Part shown: positions 1-8,831 of the stretch, piece after piece
Position numbering within the stretch: the stretch's first letter is position 1
How the letters are laid out: each line of letters begins with the position of its first letter
NCBI GenBank assembly: GCA_035650735.1
Contig: DASRGZ010000096.1
Coordinates: 87,526 to 151,525, forward strand
Direction of reading: 5' to 3'
From: Chthonomonadaceae bacterium
GTDB taxonomy: Bacteria > Armatimonadota > Chthonomonadetes > Chthonomonadales > Chthonomonadaceae
Length of the DNA stretch: 64,000 nt
Notes under the pieces: model-generated
Database searches by the model: none
Seen by the model: only the letters and a program-made list of their open reading frames with translations
What the model was told of the DNA's origin: nothing
Made by a program: the position numbers and the translations under genes

Positions 1-263
1 CCCTTGACCACGTTCTGATGTCCGGAGGCAAGCACGAACAGCGCCAGAATCAACTCCGGCGCGTTGCCGAAGGAGACGTTGAGCAGGCCGCCGATGGCCG
101 GCCCGGCGCGCTCAGCCAACTCCTCGGTAGCGCGCCGAATCCATTCCGCCAGAGGCACGATGGCTAGGATGGCGGTCAAGAATATCCAGAGCGGCGGCGC
201 GTGGACGAGGTACTGGAGGGCCAGCGAGAGGGGAATGAAGGCCAGGAGCAGGGTAAAGAACAT
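1..263 (-). CDS. Ca2+/H+ exchanger (CaCA/CAX family), 5' part; runs off window start
   Basis: Not in ORF track; manual translation from ATG at 263: [18 protein letters not shown]...[43 protein letters not shown], with the CAX alpha-1 motif GNxxE. Confidence 0.85.
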   Translation of the reverse strand, partial: MFFTLLLAFIPLSLALQYLVHAPPLWIFLTAILAIVPLAEWIRRATEELAERAGPAIGGLLNVSFGNAPELILALFVLASGHQNVVK

Positions 264-269
264 GGGCGT

Positions 270-1574
270 TTACGCGGTGCAGCCGGACTCGCCAGACTCC
301 TCTTCGCGCCATTTGCCCAGCAGCGTCAGCGGGCCGTTGGGAAGCAGCGGAATATCCCGCCACTGCTCAATCAGCTTTTTATAGGCACGGCCCACCGCGC
401 GGATATTGCGGTTGAGGTCGTACAACCCCAGGGGATTGACATGGCCGTTATTCTCCCGCAGCGCCGTATCCCAGTCCACCTGGTCGGTAAGGCTGAACCA
501 GGTCATGCCGCAGATGGGAACGCCATCCTGGCGTAAACGCTGAATATTCGACCAGATTTTCCAAAGCCAGCGCTCGGCGTCGGGCTCGGCCTTGTTGGTT
601 TCCGTATGCATCACCGGCAGGTTATAGCGGTCGTAGTACTCGCGGGTGATGACGTAGTAGCCGAAGATCTCGCCGGCAAAGACGCTGCGCTCCTCGCCCA
701 CCAGCATATGCTCATTGGCGACGTAGTAATCGTTGCCCATCACGCAGTGTTCCCGGAGGTTCTGGGTCATAAAGTAGTCGTACTCTTCTTGGGTCATGCC
801 ATTATCGAGCAGGTAGGAGTACATGGAGGAATTGACCCGATGCCCGTAATTGAGGTCGAGGGAGAGAAAGCGCCGCTCGTTGTAGAGTTCGGCCTCACTG
901 ACCAGGCTCGGGTCGGTGGTATGGGTGTACTCCGAGGACTCGCTCTGGATGAAGAGGGCGCGCGGGCAGACCTCCAGGATGGCGAGCATGGCGTCCACAT
1001 TGGCGCGCACCAGATGCTTGAGGGCCGTGACGAAGGCCTTATCCGAATGCAGACACTCGTTCCACCAGCCGTACCAGGCGCTGAACTCGGCGGCAATATA
1101 CATCTCGTTGACGGGCGTATAGCACCAGACCCAGGGATAGCGCTGGGCGAAGGCGCGGGCATAGGCGGGAAAGTGCTTGGGAAACTCTGGGTTCTGGAAG
1201 TTGCCTAGCCAGTCGGGCACGCCGAAGTGGCACAGATCCAGGATAGGCACGATGCCCAGCTTCCGCATCTCCGGCAGCACCCTATCCGTCCAGGACCAGT
1301 CGTATTGGCCCGGCCCCAGGTGCATCTTATAATAGGGCGGACCATAGCGCAGATAGCGGATGCCCATCTCCCGCGTTAACTGGAGGTCTTTCTTCCAGTG
1401 CTTGTAATGGCCGCACTTCTCCAATTCATCCTGGCGTACGGTTCCCTTGGGGGTCTGGATGGTGGGATAGCTGCACTCGATGCCAGTGGCGAAGAGAAAG
1501 CGATCGGTGATCGGGTTGCGCCTGGGCTGTGGCTTATTGCGGCTTAGCATCACCCTTCCTCCGGGAGAGATCAT
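270..1574 (-). CDS. Glycoside hydrolase family 1-like (clan GH-A) protein
   Basis: FLFATGIECS N-terminus, GHYKHWKKDL, LCHFGVPDW, acid/base PVNE, nucleophile HTETN, DQVDWD; true start may be ~1550. Confidence 0.8.
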   Translation of the reverse strand: MISPGGRVMLSRNKPQPRRNPITDRFLFATGIECSYPTIQTPKGTVRQDELEKCGHYKHWKKDLQLTREMGIRYLRYGPPYYKMHLGPGQYDWSWTDRVLPEMRKLGIVPILDLCHFGVPDWLGNFQNPEFPKHFPAYARAFAQRYPWVWCYTPVNEMYIAAEFSAWYGWWNECLHSDKAFVTALKHLVRANVDAMLAILEVCPRALFIQSESSEYTHTTDPSLVSEAELYNERRFLSLDLNYGHRVNSSMYSYLLDNGMTQEEYDYFMTQNLREHCVMGNDYYVANEHMLVGEERSVFAGEIFGYYVITREYYDRYNLPVMHTETNKAEPDAERWLWKIWSNIQRLRQDGVPICGMTWFSLTDQVDWDTALRENNGHVNPLGLYDLNRNIRAVGRAYKKLIEQWRDIPLLPNGPLTLLGKWREEESGESGCTA

Positions 1575-1714
1575 GGGCGAATAGGGTCGCCGAGTCTGCT
1601 TGTTGTGGCTCCAGGCGGTAGCGTTCTGGCCTCATCCCTCATCCCTCGCACTCATTGCACTCATTTGCAGCTTTTTACGTTTTGCAGGCGTATTTGTTCC
1701 TCCGTTCCAGTGAT

Positions 1715-1828
1715 TCGTGGCTCGTGGTTCGTGGGTTGTTCTCCGCGCCACGAGCCACGATTATCCGCGTTGCTTGCAATGCTGCCCAAACAGCGCGTCT
1801 CTGGTCGTGGCACGAGCCACGATTATCC
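1715..1828. repeat. Heptamer-based inverted/direct repeat cluster (TCGTGGY / CACGAGCCACGATTATCC)
   Basis: TCGTGGCTCGTGG at 1715-1727 is complementary to CCACGAGCCACGA at 1748-1760; CACGAGCCACGATTATCC at 1749-1766 and 1811-1828. Confidence 0.7.
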
Positions 1829-2932
1829 AGTTCTGGTGGGCGGTGGGCTGCTGTCTCCGGCGCCTGGCGCTTCCTGCCTCTGGGGCGGGGACCCTAGCTT
1901 GTTCGCTTTATAGAAGCCTGCGGGATCGGATTTCAGGAAGGCAATCATCTTCGGCAGCGTCTCCCGCAGGGAGTGCCTGGGCTCCCAGCCCAGCAGGTTG
2001 CGCGCGCGGGTGATATCCAGGGCATAGTGGTCGTCGGCGATGTCTACCATCGAGGGCTTGATGAACGGCTCCTCGCCGGGGATAGCGTTCTCAAGCCACA
2101 CGCCCGCCTTGGCGAGCGGCTTGGGAATCTCGCGCGTGACCCAGCCCTTGCCATAGAGGAGGCGGTAGATTTCGCGCTGGAGATCATCGTAGCTGAGCGT
2201 TTCCGGCTCACCGATCAGCAGCACCAGCTCGGTTGGCAGGCTAGCGCGCCGCGCGACCACCTGCCACAGAGCCTCGACTAAGTCATCCACATGCAGGAAC
2301 GCCTGCCCATGCGAGAGGTCGCCGGGAAAGACGGTGGCCGTGAGCCGATGTTCGTAGAGCCGCTGGATCTGGTGGGCAATCGGTATCGAACGGCACTGGT
2401 CGTCGTAGACGCCCGCGATGCGCAGGAGGACGTAGGGAATATTGCCGTGCTCGGCCCGGATCCGCTCTTCGGTCTTCACCTTCGATTTGGGATAGTCCCA
2501 TTTCGGCTCCAGCGGCCAGTCCTCGTCAATGCGCTGGCCGGGCTGGCAGGGCGCATAGACGAGCATGGAGCTGGAAAAGACAAACTGCTCGACCTGGAAG
2601 TTTTGCAGGCCGCACAGCAGCCGCTCCGTACCGCGCACCGTGACCTGCTCGTACTTCGGGCTGGGCTCGCCTGAGAAGTCGTAGTAGGCCGCCAGGTGGA
2701 TCACGGAGGCGATCCGGTCGCCGTGGCGGTCGCGCACGTCGAAGAGGGCGTGCTGTACGCTGTCGTCGGAGGTCATGTCAATATAGATGTACTCGGCTAG
2801 AGGAGACGCATCTTTAGGATGCTCTTGATCCAGGCCGATGACCCGGTAGCTTGCGGCAAATCGTTGGGCGGCAGCGCTTCCGATCAGGCCGCTGCTGCCA
2901 GTGATAAGCAAAACCTCTTTCTCTGAAGCCAT
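1823..2932 (-). CDS. NAD-dependent epimerase/dehydratase (extended SDR)
   Basis: ITGSSGLIG Rossmann motif, HLAAYY, FSSS, catalytic YPKSK. Confidence 0.85.
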   Translation of the reverse strand: MASEKEVLLITGSSGLIGSAAAQRFAASYRVIGLDQEHPKDASPLAEYIYIDMTSDDSVQHALFDVRDRHGDRIASVIHLAAYYDFSGEPSPKYEQVTVRGTERLLCGLQNFQVEQFVFSSSMLVYAPCQPGQRIDEDWPLEPKWDYPKSKVKTEERIRAEHGNIPYVLLRIAGVYDDQCRSIPIAHQIQRLYEHRLTATVFPGDLSHGQAFLHVDDLVEALWQVVARRASLPTELVLLIGEPETLSYDDLQREIYRLLYGKGWVTREIPKPLAKAGVWLENAIPGEEPFIKPSMVDIADDHYALDITRARNLLGWEPRHSLRETLPKMIAFLKSDPAGFYKANKLGSPPQRQEAPGAGDSSPPPTRTG

Positions 2933-3000
2933 TATAAATCCTATCTCCCTATCGCGTTCGTACCTTTTTGCGGCAGGGTTTAGCCTGCCGCTGTGGGGCT

Positions 3001-3088
3001 CTGCTAGGGTCGGGCCTACAACGGACTGCCAGGGTCGGCGCTACAATGGTTCGCGCCTCCGCCTAGCGACAGCCCTCCGCCTAGCGAG
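3001..3088 (+). repeat. Nested A2-B2 repeat element, copy 1
   Basis: Two A units (CTGCYAGGGTCGG..CTACAAYGG), TTCG loop, two B units (CCTCCGCCTAGCGA). Confidence 0.8.
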
Positions 3089-3147
3089 GCCCGCCGCCCA
3101 CCTGCGTGGGCGGGAAAAGACACCACTTAGCCGCTGTTTCAGGCCCC

Positions 3148-4557
3148 TTACGCCTCGGAGTCGCCTTCGGGGAGGCAGGTGTTGCGCTGGCTGCGCATCA
3201 GGGTCGTGGCGGCGGTGAGGGCGGCGGCGATCAGCCCGACGGCGGCCAGCGGCTTGGCAATCGTTATCAGCTTGTGCGGCAGTGTGCCGTACTCGACGTT
3301 GTGGATGCCCCAGCGCTGAAACTGCTGCCACTTCATGATGCCTTTGCCCGCGTGTTCCACTCCCAGGCCCTTCATCAGCTCCGGCATGGCCGTGCGTAAA
3401 ACCGGATGCCCGGGCACGAAATAGACGCGGGGATCGTTTTTGTACTTGGGCAGCGCGGCATCGTCAAAGACAATATACGGCCCCTCCTTGAGATGCTCCT
3501 CAAAGTTGGGGTCTTCCACCTCGCCGATCATGATCGTCGGCGTGCCCTTGAGCCACATCACCTGAGTTAGCTCACCGCGCCGCAGCATGCTGTCCAGCAC
3601 GCTCTTGACGTGGCCGATGGTGCCGGGCAGGCTGACCCCGCCGCCCACCAGGAAATTGACGGGCAGGTAATCGTAGCCCTTATGGCCGGGCCATGCCTGG
3701 AAAGAGACCTGCTCCAGCGGCACGCCGACGTAGTGGATCGGCTCGCGCACGCCCAGACCGCGCGCTTCCGCCTCCCTGGCAAAGTTGAGCCGCTGCCAGT
3801 CGTGGCCCAGCAGGCGGCAGATCGTGACGTCGGTGGCGACGGGATCGGTAGAGGCCAGGATGCAGCCGCACCAGTGGGGCAGGTCGGCGATGGGGCCATC
3901 GCCCTCCCCGGCGATGAGGGCATCCACCACGCACAGGGCCGGTCGGGTCACCATCATTATATCCATGAAGCGCCCGATCATCTCTTCATCGCCGTGGTTG
4001 TATTCCCGCCAGTTCTGGTTGACCGTGCCGACCCAGTTTTTCAGCGTCCCGGAGATCGGCTCGATGTGATGGTTTTTGGCCTTGGCCGCGTCAATGATCA
4101 CGTCGGCGTCGAGCAGCGGCTCGGGCAGCGGCACCTCCTGGATCACCCTGCCTCCCGGAATAGGCACCTTGCGGTTGGGAACCTTGTCGCTGCCCAGATC
4201 GATCAGCTCCGCGCCCTCCTTCTGGGCTATCGCCGCCATGCCGGTGATCTTCATGCAATCCAGGGAGGAGAAAAAGCCGCCGCTCGACTCGGCCACCTGC
4301 ACCCTGCCGGCGCCCGCCTCTTTCGCCAGCCGGATCAGCGCGCCGACCACCAGCGGATCAGTAGTACATCCTTCTTCCGCCGAATAGTAGACCGTCTGAT
4401 TGGGCTTGATCAGGACCGTCTGGCCGGGCTTAATAAATTGGGATATGCCTCCCAGCAGGTCAATCGCCTCGCGCACGAGGCCCAGAACGCGCTCTTGCGA
4501 GCGATGCTTTTCATTGGTGTGCGCGATAGCTACCGTCGCGCCCTGCTTGCCTTCCAT
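3148..4557 (-). CDS. DUF362 domain protein with C-terminal hydrophobic helix
   Basis: LLGGISQFIKPGQTVLIKPN, TTDPLVV, AKAKNH, LKNWVG, DALIAGEGDGP, ASTDPVATD; start placed at MEGKQG behind AGAGGA. Confidence 0.8.
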   Translation of the reverse strand: MEGKQGATVAIAHTNEKHRSQERVLGLVREAIDLLGGISQFIKPGQTVLIKPNQTVYYSAEEGCTTDPLVVGALIRLAKEAGAGRVQVAESSGGFFSSLDCMKITGMAAIAQKEGAELIDLGSDKVPNRKVPIPGGRVIQEVPLPEPLLDADVIIDAAKAKNHHIEPISGTLKNWVGTVNQNWREYNHGDEEMIGRFMDIMMVTRPALCVVDALIAGEGDGPIADLPHWCGCILASTDPVATDVTICRLLGHDWQRLNFAREAEARGLGVREPIHYVGVPLEQVSFQAWPGHKGYDYLPVNFLVGGGVSLPGTIGHVKSVLDSMLRRGELTQVMWLKGTPTIMIGEVEDPNFEEHLKEGPYIVFDDAALPKYKNDPRVYFVPGHPVLRTAMPELMKGLGVEHAGKGIMKWQQFQRWGIHNVEYGTLPHKLITIAKPLAAVGLIAAALTAATTLMRSQRNTCLPEGDSEA

Positions 4558-4633
4558 GCTTTCATCCTCTCTAAAAAGTTCAGACAATAGTGCGGGGCCA
4601 GCACTACCAGGCTCTTTCCGTTTTGCTCCTGTG

Positions 4634-4735
4634 GCCCTCACCCAGCAGACCTCCCCCCCGTCCCCTCTCCTTCGTAAGGAGAGGGGAGAGGAGAAGCCAA
4701 GTCTCCCCTAGAATTGGGGAAGGGGGTGGGGGCCG
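4634..4735. repeat. REP-like palindromic cluster
   Basis: CCCCTCTCCTTCGTAAGGAGAGGGG hairpin plus related purine/pyrimidine arms. Confidence 0.75.
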
Positions 4736-4751
4736 GAACGAGCGGGCAAGT

Positions 4752-5813
4752 TCAAATAATCATGTGGTTCCAGCCGTTATAGTTTTCCCGAACCGGGCCG
4801 CGCCGGAAGCTGAGGACGATCAGCGCCACGCCGACGCAGACATCGTTTATTTTCAAGGCATAGCTCGCATCCAGCAGCGTCCAGGGCGCAAAGAGGAGCA
4901 GCCACACGCCGCAGACGACGCAGAGGAAGCGCACGGGCCGGGCCACTTCCGACAGGGCCACGATGCTGCCGGCGAGGACGAGGGCGCCCACCACATAGTT
5001 GCTATGCGCCGCCTGGCCGTGCCCTTGCAGGAGGGGCGGCGCGGCCAGCAGCCAGCAGCCGAGCGCGATGTTGACGAGCAGGCTCCAGGGGACGTTGAGG
5101 CCCTGGAAAGGAGCGGGACGGGAAGCGTCGGCCTCATTGCGCGCGTTCTCCGCCTCCTGGCTGCGCCTCCCGCCATGCCAGAACGTCTCCCAGAGCGAGT
5201 CGCCGACCCGTGCGCTCGTAATCAGGAACTGACAGGCCGCCACGACCTCATCCGAGGCCAGCGCGGCCAGCAGGAACGTGCAGGCCGCCACAACCAGGCA
5301 CAGGCTGCACCAGTTGCCGACCACAATGGGCTGGAGCATCATCAGGATCAGGCTCGTCAGGCCCAGCGGGATGACCAGCAGGCCGAAGGACAGCACGAGC
5401 CAGGGCTTGGTGTACCAGCGTCGCGCATCGCCCAGCAGCAGGCAGATCATCTCCAGCAGATAGAAGCCGGCCCCGATCACCGCATCGGGAATCGGGAACG
5501 CCTGCGCTATCCCGGAGTGCAATATCCGCGTCGTGCCCTGGCCGAAGAAGGGATCCCAGGCGGCACGCAGGACGCCGACCTCACAGAGCGCCAGGTAGGT
5601 CGCGATGGCGAAGCTGATCAAGGCCAGCGTCAGGATAGGGAAGCGCTGGCTCCAGGCGGAGGGATTATAGCTCCAGCCGGGAGGCGCCTCCGTGGCTATC
5701 TCCGGGCGGCGCTGATGCTGTGCGGCCTTTTGCGGCTCCTGCGCCGCCTGCTCCGGCGCAGGAGAGGCCGGCGTATCGCCCCGCTGCGATTTACTTTCCG
5801 TAACGGAAGTCAT
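4752..5813 (-). CDS. Vitamin K epoxide reductase (VKOR) family membrane protein with C-terminal SPW repeats
   Basis: PPGWSYNPSAWSQR, WDPFFG, PIPDA, active-site WCSLC, LGCWLLAAP / GVWLLLFAPW repeats. Confidence 0.8.
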   Translation of the reverse strand: MTSVTESKSQRGDTPASPAPEQAAQEPQKAAQHQRRPEIATEAPPGWSYNPSAWSQRFPILTLALISFAIATYLALCEVGVLRAAWDPFFGQGTTRILHSGIAQAFPIPDAVIGAGFYLLEMICLLLGDARRWYTKPWLVLSFGLLVIPLGLTSLILMMLQPIVVGNWCSLCLVVAACTFLLAALASDEVVAACQFLITSARVGDSLWETFWHGGRRSQEAENARNEADASRPAPFQGLNVPWSLLVNIALGCWLLAAPPLLQGHGQAAHSNYVVGALVLAGSIVALSEVARPVRFLCVVCGVWLLLFAPWTLLDASYALKINDVCVGVALIVLSFRRGPVRENYNGWNHMII

Positions 5814-6558
5814 GGTGTTCGATAATCGACTCGGCCCGTTCGATGCGATTTCCCGTCAGCGGGTGGTCCTGGAGCCACTCCGGAGCATTGCCGCCATGAC
5901 TCCTCTCATAGTCCTGCAGCTTGTGAAAGAACCGGATCAGGCCGTTTGGGTCGTAGCCTGCGGCAGCAGCGTAGCTGAGGCCGCGCGCGTCGGCCTCGTA
6001 CTCATCGTCCCGACTGTATTTGAGGCTGGCAAGCTGCGCGCCCAGGCCGGCCAGGCTGCGCCCGGTCGGGTTATGGATGGCGAGGTCCAGGAGGGTGTTC
6101 GTCGCCATCTGGGAAGAGATCTGGCGGGCGGCGTGCCGGGCATTGATATGGCCTAGCTCATGGCCCAATATGCAGGCCAGCGCGGAATCGTCGCCGCCGA
6201 CCATGTTCAGCAAGCCCTGGTAGACATAGACGGGGCCGCCGGGCAGGGAGAAGGCGTTGACGGTGTCCTTATCAATGACCTGGAAGGAGTAGGGCACGTC
6301 GCGCGCGTCGGCCATGTGCGGCAGCAGGCTGCGTCCGATGCTGCGCACCCGCGTGGACGCAGTCGTGCCGGTCTCAATCGGGTTCTCGGTATTGACCTGG
6401 CGTGCGGCTTCCTGTCCCAGGCGGATCTCATCCTGCGTGGAGAGGAAGCTCTTGGTGCGGCACCCGGCCAGGCCCACTGCCAGCAGTGCCAGCAGCAGGC
6501 ACAGCCCCCACCGCCATCTTGAGCGGGAGAAACGTGTGAATTTGTCTCGGTTCAGCAT
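5791..6558 (-). CDS. M48 family zinc metallopeptidase, lipoprotein
   Basis: LAGC lipobox, NAFSLPGG, HELGH, YSRDDEYEAD, DHP. Confidence 0.9.
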   Translation of the reverse strand: MLNRDKFTRFSRSRWRWGLCLLLALLAVGLAGCRTKSFLSTQDEIRLGQEAARQVNTENPIETGTTASTRVRSIGRSLLPHMADARDVPYSFQVIDKDTVNAFSLPGGPVYVYQGLLNMVGGDDSALACILGHELGHINARHAARQISSQMATNTLLDLAIHNPTGRSLAGLGAQLASLKYSRDDEYEADARGLSYAAAAGYDPNGLIRFFHKLQDYERSHGGNAPEWLQDHPLTGNRIERAESIIEHHDFRYGK

Positions 6559-6582
6559 CCTTATTCATCCTCTCTGATAGTC

Positions 6583-6935
6583 TCTCACCCCGGCCCTTCT
6601 TGACCTAACCCCACCCGTCGCTGCGCGACTCCCTTCCCTACTACGTTCGCTTCGCTCACAGGGAAGGGAGAGACCCAACCTGGGATGGTTGCCGCCCTCA
6701 CCCCCGGCCCCTCTCCCACGCTGCGGGAGAGGGGAGAGCCTCACTCCCAAGCTCTTCCGTGTTCCCTTATCTCCCCTCCTCCCCGTCCCTTCTCCCTGCA
6801 AGGGAGCAGGGGGAGCAGAAGCCGGGTTCTTCCTCTTCCCCGTTGCCCCTCCTCAATTCTAGGAGAGAGGAGAAGTCGGGTCCCCCCCTTCCCTAGCGAG
6901 GTACGAGCGGCTAGGGAAGGGGGACGGGGGGTTAG
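6583..6935. repeat. Large REP-like palindromic cluster
   Basis: Includes the 44-bp GCCCTCACCCCCGGCCCCTCTCCCACGCTGCGGGAGAGGGGAGA (6694-6737), identical in reverse at 30327-30370. Confidence 0.85.
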
Positions 6936-7978
6936 GTCTTCCGGCTGGCTTTGCGCGCGGCCTGCGGGTCGCTGGCGGAGGGATGCCCGGCCTGCGTAAT
7001 GGCCCAGCGCAGCGCTAAGCCACCCGCCAGGCCCAGCGCGGCCCCGGCGATGCGCACCCAGCGGCGCGTCTTTTGCGAGCCGACGGGCGCGTTCTCCAGC
7101 AGCGTCGGCAGCAGCAGCCCCGCGCCTATCGCGCCGCCCCAGAGGTGCGGCGCATATTTGCCCTGCGTCAGCGGCGCGGCCAGGCTGCCCGCCGACGCCA
7201 GAAACCCGCCGAGCGTGACCGCCTCCGCCAGACGTGCCGCCTGCCCGACCTGCTCCACCGGCTCGCGCGCGGCGTCCGGGGCCTTCGCGCTCAAAGCCAA
7301 GTTGATCGCCTCCGCGCCGGCGCCGAGGGCGCTCGCGCTAAACAGCGGGCCGAGCCAGGGGTTGCGCGCCCAGAGCGGCGTCGAGGTCGTGCTGAGCAGC
7401 ACGCCCGTGTACCCGCCCAACAGCAGCGCGACCGGGATGCCGAGGCCGTCGGTCGCGGCGGAGAGGGCGTCCCCGGCCACCCTGGCGGGCAGCGAATCGC
7501 GCCGGGCGCGGCCTTTGCGCCGCCCCAGGAGCCATTCCTGCATGGCTGCCAGCGTCACCGCGCCGCTGTAGGCCATCAGCGTCCAGGCGCCTAAATTCAT
7601 GGGCGATTGGGGCTTGAAGACCCGCAGCATGAAATGGAAGCGCTTCGGGTCGCCCAGGTCACGGATGAGCAGCAGCGGGCAGGGAGCGAGCGCCGCCGCC
7701 GCGACCGCCGTGCCGGCCTGCGTCACCTCCCGATATCGCCCCTTGCCGAAGCGGGCGGCGAGGCGCGAGAGCACGAACGCGCCCGCCGAGAGCCCGCCCA
7801 GGAAGAAGTAGGAGGGAATCTCCCACTTCCAGACCGGCGGCTTGAGCATTGGCACGTCGTAATAGGTCGGCGCGGGCTGCTCCTTGCCGGCGTGGGCCGT
7901 GCGCTCTCCCGGCGCGGGCTGCCAGGTCGTGCTGCCCTCCAGCGCCGGGCGTCGGCTGATCCGGGTGCTGTCGCTCAT
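6932..7978 (-). CDS. NrfD/PsrC family membrane anchor of molybdoenzyme complex
   Basis: PVWKWEIPSYFFLGGLSAG, DLGDPKRF, SPMNLGAW, YTGVLL, multiple TM helices; overlaps the upstream Fe-S gene by 4 bp. Confidence 0.9.
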   Translation of the reverse strand: MSDSTRISRRPALEGSTTWQPAPGERTAHAGKEQPAPTYYDVPMLKPPVWKWEIPSYFFLGGLSAGAFVLSRLAARFGKGRYREVTQAGTAVAAAALAPCPLLLIRDLGDPKRFHFMLRVFKPQSPMNLGAWTLMAYSGAVTLAAMQEWLLGRRKGRARRDSLPARVAGDALSAATDGLGIPVALLLGGYTGVLLSTTSTPLWARNPWLGPLFSASALGAGAEAINLALSAKAPDAAREPVEQVGQAARLAEAVTLGGFLASAGSLAAPLTQGKYAPHLWGGAIGAGLLLPTLLENAPVGSQKTRRWVRIAGAALGLAGGLALRWAITQAGHPSASDPQAARKASRKT

Positions 7979-8829
7979 CGGCGGCCTCCCTGGGCGAAAA
8001 AGACGGCGGAGAGCGCCGTCAGGGCAACCCCAGCCAGCAGGCTGAAGCCGTAGCGGGCGCTCATGCCTTTGACGGGCTTTTTGGGTGCCTCCGGCAGGTT
8101 GTAGGCGTTGGGATGGTCGGTCAGCAGGAAGAAGGCGTTGAGCGGGCTATACTCCGCCGTCGCGTCTGCGCCATAGAGATAGGCTTCCGTCTGGCCGCGC
8201 GCGTGCAGGTCCTCCACCCGCTGGCGTGCCTTCGCTCTTAGCTCCTCCACCGAGCCGAACTGAATGGAGTCGGTCGGGCAGGCTTTGGCGCAGGCCGGCA
8301 CCATGTCGCCTTTCTGCCGGTCGTAGCAGAGGGTGCACTTATGGGCGTGGCCGTCTATCTCGCTGCGCCCCAGCACCCCGAACGGGCAGGCGACGATGCA
8401 GTAGCCGCAGCCGTTACAGATATCGGGCTGGACGTAGACATCCCCGAACTCGTTATGGAGGATGGCGCCGGTCGGGCAGGCTTCCTGGCAGGGCGCTTCC
8501 TGGCAGTGCTTGCAGACGTCGCTCATCATCAGCCAGCGGCTCCTGTCCCGGCTGCGGTCTGGGGCGATCTGCTCGACGAAGGCGACGTGCCGCCAGGTCG
8601 TCTCCGAGAGGTGACGCGTGTTGTCGTAGCTATGGCCCGTGAAGCGCAGCCCATCGGAGGGCAACTGGTTCCACTGCTTACAGGCGACCTCGCAGGCTTT
8701 GCAGCCGATGCAGAGCGTGGTGTCGGTAAAGAAGCCCATCGTCGGCCTCTGGCCGTCCCCGTCGCGCTCGACGATGGCGATCTCTTCGGGCCGGACCAGC
8801 CGGAAGGCGGTGCGTAGCGGCTCCAGCAT
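7975..8829 (-). CDS. Formate dehydrogenase iron-sulfur (beta) subunit
   Basis: CIGCKACEVAC, CKHC..APC..ACP, CNGCGYCIVACP, KCTLC..PACAKACP; C-terminal TM helix. Confidence 0.9.
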   Translation of the reverse strand: MLEPLRTAFRLVRPEEIAIVERDGDGQRPTMGFFTDTTLCIGCKACEVACKQWNQLPSDGLRFTGHSYDNTRHLSETTWRHVAFVEQIAPDRSRDRSRWLMMSDVCKHCQEAPCQEACPTGAILHNEFGDVYVQPDICNGCGYCIVACPFGVLGRSEIDGHAHKCTLCYDRQKGDMVPACAKACPTDSIQFGSVEELRAKARQRVEDLHARGQTEAYLYGADATAEYSPLNAFFLLTDHPNAYNLPEAPKKPVKGMSARYGFSLLAGVALTALSAVFFAQGGRR

Positions 8830-8831
8830 TT

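Noticed and set aside
6565..6999. ORFs inside REP clusters (also 22719-23310, 30164-30379, 59993-60464)
   Set aside because: Translations of repeats (PSPTLRERG-type), not genes
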